Assembly (NCBI RefSeq): GCF_009914755.1
Contig: NC_060928.1
Strand: one strand, 5' to 3'
DNA from: the human T2T-CHM13v2.0 reference genome, Homo sapiens
DNA length: 64,000 nt
Under the pieces are notes generated by a model, which saw only the letters and a program-made list of their open reading frames with translations, did no database searches and was not told the origin of the DNA. Made by a program: the position numbers and the translations under genes. Shown piece by piece: positions 42,050-56,063 of the stretch. The number at the start of each line of letters is the position of its first letter. The stretch's first letter is position 1.

Positions 42050-42420
42050 TATTCTTTGCAATAAAAATGAGATCACATTTAACCTACCATTTTGTACCTC
42101 ACTTTTTCATCTAACTATTGCATGAATATTTTCAATGTGAATGAATATGTTAAGAATATTACTTTTATTGGGACTGCAAAATAGTCTATTCATCTTGTAT
42201 TTTACAACATTTTACTTTGATGTAACTTTTAAACACGTTATTTGAGGTCAATATTTCCCTTTGTAAATCATTCTGCAATGAAGATCCACATAATTATATA
42301 TTTATTCTCCATTCTTTCCTTTATATTTCCAGACCTAGAGTTTCTGGGTCAAAGGAAACACATACATGCAAGACTTTTGATCCACAGTGGGCCCACCAAC
42401 AACACTTTCCACTCCCAATT
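42050..42420 (-). mobile_element. Very old L1 (L1ME-like) 3' relic
   Basis: aaaatgagatcaca...ttctgcaatgaagatcc...tttctgggtcaaagg...ttccactccca. Confidence 0.55.
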
Positions 42421-44389
42421 TAAAAATCCATAGTTTATATTCAGTGCTGCAGGACTGTAAAATCCATCAAGGGTTAACAGGTCTATAAAAAAATCCAAAC
42501 AAAACTTCTCAGCCAGAAATATGAAGTCACAATGGCTTAGCATCCACCCAGCAGGGCTGTCATTTCCTGAAATGTATTAGATGGACAGGTGGCATCGATT
42601 AAGCTCACAGAAGAAAAGTGTTTGTGATGGAGTCTCCCCATTTCCAGCCTTCAAAGGCAAGAGGATGATGATCTTAGATTTAGCAGTGGCCTCAGGAGGA
42701 GGCTTTTGTCACATCCTCATACATCTCTGACTCACATTTGCTAAAGCTGGAATGTAAAATGCATATATGAATTTATAACAACTTAGAAGTCTTCAGATGT
42801 TAATTAGAGAGCAAATATATTTACTAGCTGGGGTCATTGTGTCTCCTACCTCTTGTTTGAGTTTGCTTGCTGTGTGTGATTGCTTATCAATATAAGAGTA
42901 AATAAGAGTTATAATTTAATTGTTTACTGAAAGCTGCTAGATGTTTGTAATGAAAATACTAAATTCAGTGAGGTTTGCATCTATCTTTTAAAAGTAAGAA
43001 TAAACATTCTAATATTTAAAAATTGTCAAAGAGAAAAATGCACATGTACTCTTTTTTCAATTTTAACCTCTGGCATTTTGCTGCCTTATGTAGTACGTGC
43101 TCTTTGTTTTTCTCGGATAAGAAATAGCTGTAGATGGTTTTTCAAGCATATTGTTTTTAGGTAATGCTTTGAGATTATGCTCCTTCATGATAATACTTGT
43201 AGACAGTTTCGAGCATGATGTTTGAGCACAGAAATTAACCTCTATTTGTGTTTCTGAAGCAGTCTGGAAATTCAAGGAAAATTGTTTTGCATTTGATTGT
43301 TTTATACCATCTGTGATTTGAATTTTTCATGTAGTAAATTATTAAATGCTATCTCTAAAGGTAAGATTTTTTTTCAGTTAAGTATTTCATTATCTAAGTA
43401 AATGCTAATAGAATTTCAGATTAAATTAATATTTAAAATAAATATATATGCAATTATTTTACCATCTTTATTTTATCTCTCAAGTATAAGCTAGTTCATA
43501 TTTATAAAGGAAAACTGTCAATTTTAAATTTTCATTTTTGTTTACAAATTGATTTTTTTCTGATTATTGGATTCTAGGATAGCTCCAGGAAAGCTTATTA
43601 AAATTTTTATTACAGCTCGTTTTTGGATAATGTAGATTTGTACTTGGTAAAGACATTCATGTTAGTAAATATTATCATTTTAGATGAGCCTAGTCTACTT
43701 CAAAAATGAAGAAGAGTATATTGCTGTACTTAAATACAGGAAAGGTACATTTGCATGGAATGGAGAGATGTGAGGAAAATAAAAAAGCCCACATAGCATG
43801 GATAACTTCTGGCTTAGGGAAGACTCAGGCAGTAACTACGTGACTATTCTGGGTGATCACTAGGTAGTATGAGGGTCTTAGCCACCTGTCTGGGTGGGGT
43901 ATGCCCAAGTTAAGAGTTGTGTTCCACTTGCCCTTGATAACTCCCTGTCAACCCAAATGTTTGCTCTAGAGAACAGCTTCCCTCTGTTTCATCAGATCCC
44001 TTTTCTTCTCATATTATAGTATAAGGCCCACTTCTTTCAGGACAGTTTCTCTAATTAACATCCAATGACCTCCAAACCATCGACATATTAACAATTCTGG
44101 ATCCTTTCATTTACTCCTCACTTTTGTAATCATTATAGCTCTCATTTTTGTAAATGGGATGTGTGTCTGCATTGCTTCCCTTATTAAACTATAATCATGA
44201 ATCTGGGATCATGGCTAATCTTGACTGTGTTCCCTGGAACAATAAACAAAATAGTTATAAATCTGAGCATTTCTAAATACATGCAGTCCCTAAGGGGAAT
44301 TTTATACCAATTTCTTAAACATTATGTGGAAAATATGTTTATTCATTGGATTAAAAGGAGAGGAAGAAAAAGAGATGGGTCTGAGCACT

Positions 44390-44640
44390 GAAATATTTAT
44401 CAAAGGTTTGCTTCATGCTGTACAGTGTACTGAAACTTTGTGACATGTTACCTCACATAATCCTTGCCACTGCTCACATGGAGATACTGTTAGATCCACT
44501 TACAGATGAGGAAATGGGGAGGTTTTTTTCTAAGTTTTAGGAAGTTCAGAGACTTGGTCTAGGAAACATCATTAGTAAATGGAAGCATTGGGACAAGAAC
44601 TCAAAAAATATGTGACAGGAAAAACTCCTTCTCTTTGCCA
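44390..44640 (-). mobile_element. MIR SINE
   Basis: ccacttacagatgaggaaatgggg core. Confidence 0.75.
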
Positions 44641-45884
44641 ATTCTAACATCTTCCTATTCATTTTCTACTGGGCTTATCTTAATGAAGTGAAGTAATGCT
44701 TTAAAACCCCTTTTTACATTTTAAACTTGCAAAGCTTTGGTGCTTAAGGTTTATAGTTCAGTAATTGATTCTACTTTATGGACTGTGAATTCTAGGGTGG
44801 ATCATTCCACAGTAGATTCCTTATTCACCTTATCTATAAATATAGGACAATTGAATTTTTAATCTGGAAAGGACTCTAGGGATCACTTCATTCTGTACAA
44901 CCATTATAGAGATTCTCTGGTTCTTAACAAAAATATCCAATTAAAACCTGTTGTGAAAATAAGAAGACAATGATTTTTCATTGCAGCGTAGGGCGGAAAA
45001 TATCATTTTATTATAATTATTAGTGTAGTATTATACTGGTTTTGTAGGCATGCCAGCTCACATAGTTAGTTACTTGGTCATCATACCTTACTTGAGGGAA
45101 TAGTGACTATTCTAAGTTATATTCTTTTTTGGTTACTATGTCATATTTGTTTTCAAATGAAATGTAATTCAGACTGCCAATTCTTGTCAAGTAACGCCTA
45201 AATTGTAATACTTTACAGTGTTAAACACAACTTTCTACCAGCATAGTATAGAATATAATTTTATTAATAAAATATTAATAAAATGCAAACTGTAGAGAAA
45301 GAAATTGATAATTGCAGAAAGATGTCCCCAGAAAGCAGATCAAATTAAATGACACAATAATTCCCCTCCAAATATGAATATCTTTGGCTTAAAAGAAAGA
45401 TCTGCTTTATGATGTTATAAACATATCCTTCCCTGGAGCAGTATTGATAATTAATGCCACATTCTGTTGGTTATAATTATATATGAGTTTGGTCATAAAT
45501 GTTCTCATGCACTTTAAATGTTAATAAAATAAATAGGCTTTATTATTTCAAAATGATTACTTGCTCTCAGACACTGCTACTTTGCAGGAGAGGATGGCTG
45601 CCTTGGCACATAATGAAATATTACAGAGACATGCCGTAAACATTTGGAAGACACTCTCTTAGCTCTCAGGCAATGCAGCACGGGGAGCATATAAGGGCAC
45701 AAGGAATATGCTTGAAGAAACCCAATCCCCGTCCTTGCTTCCACTTGCGCTCTCATAAATCAACTTGTTAATATCTTAAGCTTAGAAATAATTTTTAAAA
45801 AGGACAATGTTCCTCTTTTGTGGCTTGCAGGGCCAAGTGCTTTGTTTCTGGTCACTCTTACTTTCTAGATACAGCCTTTGTTAG

Positions 45885-46178
45885 TGTTTTAGATTTGAAA
45901 CAGGGAGTGTCTTGCTCTGTTGCCCAGGCTGGAGTGCAGTGATGTGATCTCAGTGATCCTCCCACGTTAGCCTTCTGAGTAGCTGGGATTACAGGCACGT
46001 GCCACCATTCCCAGCTAATTGTTTTTTTTGTTTTTTTGGGGTTTTTTTTTTCCATTTTTTTCTAGAAACAAGGTTTTGCCATGTTGCCCAGGCTGGTCTT
46101 GAACTCCTATCCTCAAGTGATCTCCCTGCCTTGGCCTTCCAAAGTGCTCAGATTATAGGTATGAGCCACTGTGCCAGA
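45885..46178 (-). mobile_element. AluJ with a ~35-bp deletion in the right arm
   Basis: ggagtgcagtgatgtgatct joins directly to cagtgatcctcccac; gttgcccaggctggtcttgaactcc J-type left arm. Confidence 0.93.
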
Positions 46179-46371
46179 TTTTTTTGTTTTTAAGAAAATC
46201 CCCAAATGTTTAACTTCCGTAGGCAAGTTTATCCCACATCAAGAGAGAAGGACTCGTATATATTCTTATTTCATGACATATTAAAAACATGTGAGACCGA
46301 CACATAGGTAATAAATAAGAGGAGTTAGTCCTTGCCATAGGAAGAATTATCAATTGAATAAAAAACTAAAA

Positions 46372-49300
46372 ATAAGACTTCCAGTTTTAGCTTTAGCGTC
46401 TAAAGAGCTTGGAAGTTGTTATGTCTGTCTTCACAAGGAAAAGCTAATCAAATTGTGAACCAATGATTTTTCTTGAATCCATCAGAGAATAGACATTGCA
46501 AGGCAAATTTTCACCCTAAATTTCAGAAAGACAGGTGAATCCGGAGTCATAGCTGAGGTTTGCTTACCTGGAGCAGAAGCTGCTGGCATTATAATCCAGT
46601 AAGAGCACCTAAATGGTAATTTTGAAGAAATGCTGGAGGCTAAGTGTGAACTAGAGGAGAGTGAAAAACTTGTGGGGGTTGCAATTTTATGGGGCCCTCT
46701 TGCTTTTATGAGCTTTTACTCCAGGAACTTCACTGGATTCTCACAGTGGAGATCCAAGATTCTCTTGTGGCTCTGTCGTGGGGGCAAAAGAGTAATTCTT
46801 GCTAGATACTCCAAGACAGTTCTCCATAACAAAGACCTATGCTGGAGGAGAAAAAAGTTGACTAGAGTATATCCGAGCTGGGGGAAGGGCATTCTCAATC
46901 CAGTTACCTCTAGCCTTCAGGTCTCACCCAAGGGGGAAATATTATACCACTGAAGAAGCACTTATGAAGGTCACAGCCCAGAGGCACAGGACCACTAAGC
47001 ACACAGTTATGTGTAAAATTATAGAATGCCTGACTTTCCCCATATCTTAGCATCACACCAACAGGGGTTCAGTATAACGACAGTGTATTACAATGGAAAG
47101 AACTGTAAAATGCAGAGTCTCTGAAGAAGAGTCTTAAGGAAGCCCAAAGTCAACAATGAAGATAAAAACAAGGACACTAGAGAAATTTGAGTCCTGTGGC
47201 ACCTACAGTTACAGCAAACATTCATACAACATGTCTGGGGTTTAAAAAATTATAAAGCATGCCAGAAGTCAAGAAAAACACAATCTGAAGGGGGAAAGTA
47301 AGAATCAGACTCAGACCTTGATATAACACAGATGTTGGAATTATCAGACAGGAAACTTAAGATGACTATGATTAACATGTTAAAGGTCCTAATGGAAAGA
47401 ATAGGCAACATACAAAAACAGATGGGTAATGTAATCTGAGAGATAAAAACAACAAAAATAAAAAATGAAAAAAAAATAAAAGAAGTGCTAGAAATCAAAG
47501 ACAGAAATGAAGACTCTATTTATCAGTACAGCGGGCATGCCAGAGGAAAAAACTAGTGAGATTGAAAATAGGCCAACAAGAACTTTCCAAACTGAAAGGG
47601 AAAGAAAAAGAAAGAAAGAAAAGAAAGAAAGAAAGAAGAAAGAGAAAGAAAGAAAGAAAGGAGGGAGGGAGGAAGGAGGAGAAAAAATCAGAATACCCAA
47701 GGACTGTGGGGCAACTGTAATAAGTATAAATTATGCATAATTGGAATACCAGAAGGAGAAAAGGGAACACAGCAAAATAAATATTTGACATAATAATGGC
47801 TGAGAACTTTCCAAAATTAATCACAGACGTGCAGCACAGTTCCAGAAAGCCCAGAAAACACCAAGAAAGAGAAAAAACAAACAACAAACGAACAAAACAA
47901 CAACAAAAAACACCATGAAAGTATACCTAAGCATATTATATTCAAGCAACAGAAAAGCAAAGACAAAGAAATCTTGAAAGAAGCTAGAGGAAAAATAATA
48001 CATCTTATTTGTAGATAAAGAAGGGATAAGAATTATAGTGGTTTTCTCATCAGAAACCACGTAAGAAGAGAGTGGAGGAAAATATTTAAGGTTTGGAAGA
48101 AAAACAACCCCCATCTAGAATTCTATATCCAGAGAAATTATTCTTCAGAAGTAAAAGAGAAATAAAGACTTTCCCAGACAAAAACTGAGGGACCCGATCA
48201 CCAACGAATCTGCCCTGAAATAAATGTTAAAAGAAGTTCTTTAGGAAGAAGAAAAATGATACAGTTCAGAAACTAGTGAAATGAGATTGTTCCCTTGACC
48301 CCTTCGCGGGACTTGTGAAGGGGGTGGCTCATTTACTCAGCTCGTAGCTCTCAACCCCTCATGGGAGGGGGAACATGCAGGTGAGTGGGTGCAGTGGCCA
48401 GGATGAGCACTTGTGGGGAACTGGCAGGAGCAGAACTCCATGTGGCCCACAGCGGCGTCTAGGGGTTGCCTGTGATTCCCAGATCCCCACAGGGTGTGTA
48501 TTACAGTGTGCTCTTTTTGCTTTGTGAACCGTGGATGCTTAAGTGTTAAACAGCTCAGTGGAGGGTAAATGTGACAGCCTCTTGCACTGTACCCAGGTCC
48601 TGTCTGGCATCCAGGAGGAATGAGGTCACAGGTCACATGAACAAATTAGAGGGTAGTGAATGCGGAGGATTTTATTGCCAATGAAAGTGGCTCTCAGTGG
48701 GAAGGGGGACTGGAAAGGGGATGTAGTGGGAAGGTGGTCCTCCCCTGGAATTTGGGTGTCATGCCATCAAGCTGTCCCTTTGAAGCCAAGCTGCTTCTCT
48801 CTGATGTCCAGATGCTGGTTCTCTTCTCTCCTTCTCTGCCACGCCGCTCTGCTGGTAGGGCCTGGGGTTTTTATGGGTACAGGATGGGGGCTGGGGCAGG
48901 CCAGGGTGGATTTGGAAAAGGCAGCCTTTAGATTGGAAAACAGGAATGCATGCTCTCATTTTAAGCTGCAGGTCAAGGCTTGAGGGTGTTGCCCTCACCG
49001 GGGACCACTCTCTTCTACCCAGTATTTCCCTGCCTCCTGTCTGTATCACTAGGGTTTACATGAAGAAAAGAAGTGTGTTGAAGAAGTAATGGATCAAAGT
49101 AAAATTAAATCTTTTACTTTTCTCATTTTCAATTGCATTAAAAGATAACTCTTGAGAGCAATAATTGTAACAAAATATGGAGTTATAGTACATAGGTAAG
49201 TGAAGTGAATAACAGCAATGCATATGGGATGGGAATAGGGAATAGTCTATTATAAGGTACTTGTATTACCCATGAAGCAGTATAGAGTTATTTGAAGGTG

Positions 49301-49585
49301 AAATTAGATTAATTTAAAATGTGTACTTGAAAATCTAAGCCAACTACTGGAAATATTTTTAAAGAAATATAATTGATAAGCTAAGAGAGGAAGATAAATA
49401 GAACCATGTAATATAGTCAACTGAACCAGAGAAGGCAGAAAAGGAGGAGAATAAAAAGAAACAAAGAACAAATGCAATAATTAGAATAATTAAAACATGG
49501 TAGATATTAATTCAACTATATCATTAGTCACTATGTGGTTTATATAGATTAATTAAAGGAACAGATCATCAGAGTGAATTAAAAG
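46372..49585 (+). mobile_element. Old L1M 5' region and ORF1 relic, split by an LTR at 48277-49048
   Basis: gatgttggaattatcagacagg, ggctgagaactttccaaaatt and ctagaattctatatccagagaaatta are ORF1-region motifs; (GAAA)n expansion at ~47597-47685. Confidence 0.85.
48277..49048 (-). mobile_element. ERV1 solo LTR, LTR27/LTR1/LTR28-like
   Basis: Minus strand starts tgatacagacaggaggcagggaaatactgggtagaagag; TG...CA ends; 4-bp TSD ctag (48273-48276, 49049-49052); TATA-like ~48870; AATAAA 48671-48676. Confidence 0.9.
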
Positions 49586-49597
49586 TAAATACAGAGT

Positions 49598-49850
49598 TGT
49601 ATTAAGTTAATGCTAGCTACTGTAACAACTAGTCTTCACAATTTCAATAGCTTAACACAATACAAGTTTATTTCTTGCTCATATTAAAGATGATCAGATA
49701 TCTTTAATATGTCAGGGACCAAGTGTCAGGGACCAAGGTCTTTCTATCTCATGGCCTCACCATCCCTAGGGCTTCATGAATTCTGCATCTAGGTGCTGCA
49801 AAAATGAGAGAGAACAAAGGGGAAAAAGTCACACATGTTTAATTCATAAA
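49598..49850 (-). mobile_element. MLT1J/K-like LTR fragment
   Basis: tagctactgtaacaac...gcttaacacaatacaagtttatttcttgctca. Confidence 0.7.
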
Positions 49851-50932
49851 TTTTTATACAAAATATCTGATAATCACAACTTAATTTTATGATACTTATG
49901 CACTTTAAAGGGAAGGTGTAAATCATTAGGGCTGAGAGCAAGGAATTCTTATGAACATCAATTTAGGTTACTCTGGTCCATGAATTTTTATAAACTATTA
50001 TCTCTAAAACAAAGATGTAGTATTTTGACTAAGTTTGCCAAAATACTTTGAAATTTTAAAAAATGTAAGAAAATTTTAACCAGGTTGAAAAATTATTTGG
50101 AAAATTTCTGGAAACCAATTTTGATAAATTGTTTTGTTTATTTTGGCAAAAAGTTATATTTTGAATATTATAATAAATGGTCCAATTTGGTAAATGTCTA
50201 AAGTTAAACTGGTTTAAACAAAAAATGCTGGCCTAAAAAACTTGCCTCTCTCCTAAATTTATGACCCTTGTTTCCATTCATTTACAACAGATTTCCATTT
50301 GGATGATTTAGTAGATAATTAAATACATATGTCCAAAATTAAAAAAAAAAAAAATAAGGATCTTCACTAAAAGAACATTCATTATTGAAAAGACAGAATA
50401 AAGATAATTCAATTAATTCATGAGAAGCTAGGAAATAAGAAGAAAATAAAAAGCACAATGCAACACAAAATGAAAGAGAGGAACACAAATATATAAAACT
50501 ATCTCAATAAATGCAAACTGATTAAACACAGATCAACATACAGAGATTTTTATTGTTTTTAAAAAATGTATGTACTTTTTGTAGGAAACAGAGCAAAACA
50601 ATGACATAGAAAGGTTAAAAGTAAGTAAATGGAAAATGTATCAGAAAAATACTATGTTAATATAAGCCAAATTGATTTGAAACCAAAAAATTTTACTGAA
50701 GTTATTTTATGATGATAAATCTATTTTCCAAGAAGATGTAGCAGTCTTGAATCTGTATGTAACTAAAAGCATATCCTCAAACACATGAGTCAAAATTGAA
50801 ATAAGTTCAACAAAAAATAAACAAATCTACATAGAAGATTGCAACACAACTCTGTGATGTATTGGTAGATCAAGCATTCAACTTTTGTTTCATGTACAGA
50901 CAAATGGAATAACACAATTAATACTGGTCTAA

Positions 50933-50934
50933 TG

Positions 50935-50972
<38 letters not shown>

Positions 50973-50982
50973 CATATATATA
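50933..50982. repeat. (TA)n/(TACA)n microsatellite
   Basis: Direct reading. Confidence 0.95.
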
Positions 50983-51746
50983 ATACTTTTTCCAACAATT
51001 AGACAAGTTAGAGATTGTTTTTCACACACTCTTGAAACTTTTAGAAAATTTGACCACATACCAAGTCACAAAACACATCTTAACAGATATCAATGAAGCC
51101 ATATGATGTTGTCTGATCACAGGAAATAAGATAACGCAACAATATTTTTAAATAGACCACCAAACTCATATGTTTTGAATTTTAAAGCAACACTCTCCAA
51201 AATGTTCCATGGATTTAATAATGATGATGTTTATAAGAATGACATTGAGGATAATGGCAGCCAATTTCAATAGTTGCTTACTATGGGTCATGTACTGTGA
51301 TATGTGCATTACATATACCTCATAAAACCCTAGGGGTAAGTTCTACTTCTATTGTTATTATTTTGCTGATGAGGAAACTAAATCACAGATCTAATGAATG
51401 ATGGAGCTAAGATTCACAGTCCAGATAATTTGATTCCAGATACTGTGCTTTAAATCACTACATTGTGATGAAACCAAAATGAAAGAATGAAACAGCAATG
51501 AAATACTACATATCAAAACTTGTGCAAGGCAATTAAAATAGTTTTAAAACATGAGTTTTATCTTAAGTTCATTATAATAGTGTAGAAGATACACTAAAAT
51601 TAATGTTCTAAAGGTCAACACCAAAACTTAAAAGGAGAAAAGCAAAGTAAACTCCAAGATAGTAGGCAGAGGAAAATCGTAAAGATAGAACAAAAATTAA
51701 TTAAGTCTAAAACAAGGAAACATAAATCTTGTAGATGTAATATCTC

Positions 51747-52140
<394 letters not shown>

Positions 52141-54154
52141 TGACAAAACTCGTCAGGAAAAAAGAAGGCAATAAAAAATATAAAATTTTAAAACCCCAAC
52201 GTGACTGTATGTAGAACAGAGATATTAAAACTCAGTGTCAAGTTCCATAAGGGACCTTTATACAAATACCAGGGTGAACTGACCAACTTTCTAAAAAAGT
52301 GTACACTACCAAAATTGATAGAAGAAGAAATTAAAAACAAACCATGAATTAATCTAAAACCATCATAATCACTTACTTGGTAGGCTACAGGCTACCCACA
52401 AAATGGACACAAAATGAGATATGTTTGTTTACCACTTTTACCGAACCCTCAAAAAGTAGATAACATCTATTTTGGGTACTCTTTCAAAAATTGAGGAATA
52501 GAGAAGATTGCTAACTCACCAAAATCAGAGAGAGAGTACAAGAAAAAAAATTATGGGCCAATTTCATTATAAGCACAGATGCAAAACTTCTAAGATATTA
52601 ACAAATTCAACATATTATATGTTTCTATGAGATATATAACATTTAATTTTCAAAGTATGTAGATGAGTGTTTTATAATTGACATAGCAAAATTGTTTTCA
52701 GTAACAAAGTTGCATAATGATGAAAACATTGCCAAACATCTGTTTTCAAAATCCTGTCTTGATAGCAGGAATTATTTTCCAAAACAATCATTTTCTCACT
52801 TCTTATTAAAAATGCCTCTTTTACGTTGGGACATATTAAGGATGGGTGTGTGTTTAAATACTGCTAAGCAGGCATTTTTCATTACAGAAAAGGTCAGAAA
52901 TTTGGAACAGCTGTTTTTTTGTGTGTGTGTGGAAGAAAAACATGTAACTCTTCTTCAAATTCCCCAACTCTTTTAAGGACTTTACCATGAGACAACCAGC
53001 AAATCGTTTTATGACATAGGATTTTCATGTCAATTCCCCATTTTAATACAATACCAGTCAATATTCTGGTCCAAGGATAATTCTTAAAATATATACTGAA
53101 GTGTTAGATTTACAGAGGCTTTTCTTTAACTTGAAATGTTTCTAGACACAGAAATGTATTATATTAATTCTAACCAATTTGAATTTCAATGACGGCATTC
53201 ATGATGAAAGATATGCTGTTATCATCGTAGGGCTACATTTTAAATAGCAAGGCTGAAATACTACTTAAGGAGATTACGTTTTTAAATTTCTAGTTCTAGC
53301 TCAGTTCTAGTTGAAGCACCATAATTTCAATAAACACTAATAGAAATTTCAGCAGCTATAACATCAAGCCCTCAAAAGACTTTTTGAAAGAAATATCCTT
53401 TCTAACAGTGGAGCTAGACTCTCTAAGAGCATGTTATACGTTAGAATATCAATTACTTTTATTTGCATTCATCGGAACTGGTATTGCAAACAATTTGTCT
53501 GAGTGGAATGAAAGAAGAGACTGAAGTCCTTCAGTAACCCCTCTCATTAATTCTTTGTGCAAACAAACTCTAGTTGGGTATAAAGCCAGATAACCTAATG
53601 GATGTTTTGTAGAGGATGTGCAGCCACTTTGTTTACTAGTTAAGTTTTATCAAATAAGATGGACCAAGAAAAGCCAAGAAAAGTTTACAGCTCTATAAAT
53701 CTCAAGCTATATTTTGAACATTCCTGAAACACCCAATCTGCAGACTTTAGCTTTGAGTAGATTTATAAGAGTCAAAAGTCACAGTCCTTGCAAACAGAGG
53801 AAACAGCACATAGAGTTTTTGTTTATTTTCTGTCTCTTAAAAAAATCAAATATGGCCATCAAGGATGTAAAACGCCAATAATCAACTACTGGTAGCAGAA
53901 ATAAGGCCTGTGGCTCTTTTTGTCTCCTTGGTTTCCACATGTAAAAAAGGCAGGTGAAGAATCTTTCAGGTTTTTTCTATTTTGTTTTAACCAACTTTTT
54001 AATACATTTGTTTTGAACAATAGGGGAATTCCATGAAACATTGCAAGGAGAAGACAAAACAGTTCACTTGCTAATGTAGTTAAGAATATGGACAAAATGA
54101 ATGCAGTTTGCTGTAACAGAAAGATTTCTTCATCCTCATGTTGGAAGGCATTGA

Positions 54155-54300
54155 GTTTTAGTTCTAAAACTTTTATTTATTAGGTCTTGGAACTTTGGAC
54201 AAGTTATTCAAGTCTGCTTTTTATTTCTTACCTGTAAAATAATTGATCTCTCTGCTACATGGTGTTATTGAGAGGATTATGAGAAATCATTGATAAGAAA
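54155..54300 (+). mobile_element. MIR SINE
   Basis: actttggacaagttattcaa...tttcttacctgtaaaat...gttattgagaggatta. Confidence 0.7.
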
Positions 54301-54739
54301 ACTTTTTTATTTTGGTTATTTTTGTTTCTTAAAGAATCATACAAATTTAAGATATCACAATAATATTTTGTGGCTATGCATTCTTCCGTTCCTAGAATTG
54401 ACTCACAGAGGTCCTTGCTCTGGGATCGCATACCTGCTTTGGCTGGGGAGCAATGAAATCCAAGCACAGTGGCATCAAGATGAGCTATTATTGTTTTATT
54501 AGCAATATTTATCAGAATTAAATTTCCATCTTCTTTACATTTCATTTTAGAAGACCCTACCCAGCAGCAGCTGCAATTTTCCGTGGTCTTATTGGGTAGA
54601 TGTATTTATAATGACAGCTGAACTACTGCTAAACATTTAGCTTTTCAAATGAATCAAACGTAGAAAATAAAAGACCATCTCTGTTCCCTACCCGTAATAA
54701 ATATAAAGAGTTTAACCTCCCTGGACTTAGAAAAATTAA

Positions 54740-55038
<299 letters not shown>

Positions 55039-55676
55039 TTAATTTTACTTTTAAGTTCTAAATTCATTGGAAAATATCCTTTCTAATTTGTCCTAGTAAA
55101 TCATTGATTCCCAAATGTTGCTTGTAATATTTCTATATGAATATTTTCATGCATTACAGTAAAAGTAATTGATCTTAGGCCCTTGTAGTAAAATTCTATT
55201 TGTAAATCAGAATATTAGTATATGCCAAGACTTCTGTCTAGAGCTGATCCAAGTTTTGGTTATGGAAGACTTGTGGAAATGTCCTGCTTTATCTTTAGTC
55301 TCCCATTGCCCCTTTCTTTTTAAAACAATGATTATAAATTATTTCTGTTATTAGGAGCCTTAATTAGGGAGCCCTAAGTACCTTTATTCTATTTCCTTTG
55401 AGTTCTAGTTGATTGCCAACCAGCCTGGAAGACAGAGGTTTAGAAAGACTGGGCTCTGATGCAGACTGTCCCAGGCTGCAAAAATCCTGCTCACTTTGTT
55501 TAAAGATATGAACTGCTTTAGGCTTGAGGTCCTCGAGCAGATTTCTAAGCCTGTAGCCAAATGCTTAAAAAACTGAGTGAGATATGGAATGATTTTAATC
55601 TTTCTGAACTGGAAGTTTCCCAGGGTTAGACAAGCTCTTATGCTGAAAACATAGCACAAAGTCCATTGATGACTAC

Positions 55677-56063
55677 TGATATGGTTTGAGTCTGTGTCCC
55701 CACCCAAATCTCATGTCAAACTGTAATTCCAGTGTTGGACATGGGGCCTGGTGGGAGGTGATTGGATCATGGGGGTGGATTTCCCCTTTGGTGCTATTCT
55801 CATGATAGTGAGTGAGTTATCATGAAATCTGGTTGCTTAAAAGTGTGTAGCTCCTTCCCCTTCATCCCTTCTCCTCCTGCTGCCGCCATGTGAGACGTGT
55901 TGGCTTCCTCTTTGCCTTCCGCCATGATTGTAAGTTTCCTGAGGCCTTTCCAGCCATGCTTCCTGTACAGCCTATGGAACCATGAGTCAATTAAACCTTT
56001 ATTCTTTATAAATTACTCAGTCTCAGGTATTTCTTTATAGCAGTGTGAGAATGGACTAATACA
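55677..56063 (+). mobile_element. THE1D-like MaLR solo LTR
   Basis: tgatatggtttg...ccacccaaatctcatg...gccatgattgtaagtttcctgaggcc...gagaatggactaataca; TSD actac/agtac. Confidence 0.93.

Noticed and set aside
47250-49049. Dense cluster of overlapping ORFs
   Set aside because: They arise from the L1 ORF1 relic, a (GAAA)n tract and a GC-rich LTR.
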